64,000 nt of DNA from the human T2T-CHM13v2.0 reference genome, Homo sapiens. Made by a program: the position numbers and the translations under genes. Numbering within the stretch: position 1 is the first letter of the stretch; every line of letters begins with the position of its first letter. Below the pieces are notes generated by a model. That model was not told where the DNA came from. It did not search any database and was given only the letters and a program-made list of their open reading frames with translations. The stretch lies in assembly GCF_009914755.1 (NCBI RefSeq), contig NC_060941.1; one strand, 5' to 3'. Shown in pieces: positions 61,850-64,000 of the stretch.

Positions 61850-63350
61850 GCCTTGAAAGCGAACTCAGGAGATGGGGCGTTGTGTATAGGCAAGTCGCTA
61901 ACCGGGAGCCCCGCGCCTCATTCCGACTGGATCAGGGGGCCCCGCCTGTCCACGGTCCCCATGCGCGGTGCGCTCCCCCTCCTAGGGCCGTAATTGCCGC
62001 AGCCATCCCTACGCGTCTCCAGCCCCCGTCGTCTTTGTCCATTCGGTTCCGAGGCCGCGCTTGGACTGGGGCGCCCACGACTGACCCCGGAGGCACAGCG
62101 AACGGGGCAGCTGCAGGGACTCCCTGTCCTGCAGGCGACTGGGCTCCCGCGAGGCAGCAGGTGCCGAGGACTAGCAGCAGATCTGGTGTGCAGAACCCTG
62201 GATTCGAGTCCCGGCTTCAGAGACCCTCGGCTGTGTGACGTGGAGGCGTCGGCCGCCCTCTGAGAGCCTTCGTGGATGACAGCTGATGCTTGGGCCTACC
62301 TTCCTCGGCTGCTGAGAGGCTCAGAAGGGACCGCGTGTAAAACGCCTTGGAATCTTAAATCTACTTAATTCCATTTACCTGCTTCCCAGAAACGGTCCAT
62401 GGCTTCCGTCCCGGTCATAGCGCTGCGCAGCGGGACCGTTCTGCCCCGCTGCCCTCGAACAGCCCGTCCGCGCTCCATTGCCCCTCCAGGTGCCGTTATT
62501 TTGCCTTTTAACCTGGGGCGGGAGGTTTTAGACGAGGCTGCAAGTCTGGGCCAGCGGGGACCTGAGGGTCCCTTGCAACCAGCACCCGCGACGGTGTCTA
62601 CACTGGAATTCCAAGGGAAAGAGGGCTCCAGGGGCGCGACCAAGGTTTGGTCTTCTGCTGAGCGCTGCTGGATGAATCGCCAGCCTTCGCCCGCGGCCCC
62701 CTCCTCCTCATCCCTGACCCCAACTCGACAAGATCCCCCGAGCGCAGGCCCAAACTCCGCACAGCTTGTGGGCCGTGAGGTCCGGGTCTCGAAGCTCGGT
62801 CCCGCTGGGGCTGTCCCTCCGCCTCTACTTCCAGGGTAAAGACCGCGGAACCAGGCGGGGGTCTGGGGAGCCTGGCTGCGACCTCGGCTGCAGGCTTCCG
62901 CAGCTGCTTCCAGGGTGCTGTCCACCCCGTGGTGCTGAAGTGCCCCACGCCCCTCCGCCACCTACCGGAAGCCGCGTCCGCGCTACAGCCTCCACTCAGG
63001 ATTCGACCCGAACTCCAAGACGCGTCCGCACTGGTCCAACAACCCTCATGGATCGTCGCCTGCCTCAACTGTTTAGACCACCGCGGGTTTCACCCGGAAG
63101 CACCGGGGAGGTCGGAGCTTGCCTGAGAGGCTCAGCGAAGGTCCATGCCTTGTTCAGTCCCAGGCAGTGCGGGACAGGTGGGCGAAGCTCGAACCCCATG
63201 CTCTGTCCCGGCACTGGCAGGAATTCACTTATTATGGAGATAGTCCTCGCTCACTCCAGACCTGTCCTGTAATTGTCTGGGCCCCGGGAAGGTTTCCCTC
63301 GGTTTTTAGAATCTCAACCGCGGTGTGGCCATCCAAGCTGTGCCAACGCT
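61850..63350. promoter_or_regulatory. CpG island without a recognisable gene (probably distal upstream of CA4)
   Basis: CpG-dense over ~1.5 kb. Proximity to CA4 is from recalled gene order, not visible here. Confidence 0.7.
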
Positions 63351-63483
63351 ACTACCTGCGAAGCAGGAGAGAAAAACCCCTGGAATTCCTCCCGCACATC
63401 TTTCACAAAGTGAATATGCCCTTCTTTGACACTGGGTACAGCCACTTCGGGACCAGATTTTTGCTCCTGAGCATATAAAATCA

Positions 63484-63800
<317 letters not shown>

Positions 63801-64000
63801 GAAATGTCTTTCCTTTTTGGAAAGCTTGGATGACCACAAGGGGGTTGAGATTCTAAAAGCCGAGGGAAAGCTTCCCAGGGCCCAGCCTCCCCATACAATT
63901 CATAGGACAGGTCTAGAGTGAATGAGGGCTACTATATCCATAAAAAGAAAGAGAAAGGAAAGACAAGACAATATTGCCCAGTGAGTCAAGCATGATCGTA

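Noticed and set aside
62190-62220. Possible tRNA gene (TTCGAGTCCC T-loop-like motif)
   Set aside because: No cloverleaf or A-box/acceptor stem; context fits a tRNA-derived MIR SINE.
61800-63300. ORFs of 134-198 aa in the distal CpG island
   Set aside because: No recognisable domain; GC-driven open frames on both strands.

Overview
Great-ape, human-like genomic DNA matching the chr17q23 interval between HEATR6 and CA4; CA4 itself is not in the window. From left to right: (1) HEATR6 coding exon 1 and its CpG promoter (- strand). (2) The three-exon WFDC21P/lnc-DC unitary pseudogene, where the only visible lesion is a 1-nt deletion in the signal-peptide codons. (3) Nested LTRs: a MER11 solo LTR inside an MLT1, and an LTR47-like element split by an Alu. 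(4) A full-length 3.5-kb AP1S2 retrocopy with a 17-bp TSD, an intact 160-aa ORF and an in-frame upstream ATG inside the TSD. (5) A decayed ancient tandem duplication. (6) An unprocessed partial DOC2B duplicate (CpG island plus coding exons 1, 3 and 4; exon 2 not found), back-to-back with a block I recognise from memory as TBC1D3/USP6 upstream sequence, which breaks off at about 50.3 kb. (7) Alu/L1-dense DNA with two gene-less CpG islands, one bracketed by a 40-bp direct repeat. Overall the window looks like a mosaic of segmental duplications at an evolutionary breakpoint. Gene and repeat-family names come from recalled reference sequences, not database searches. Repeat boundaries are approximate unless a TSD is given.
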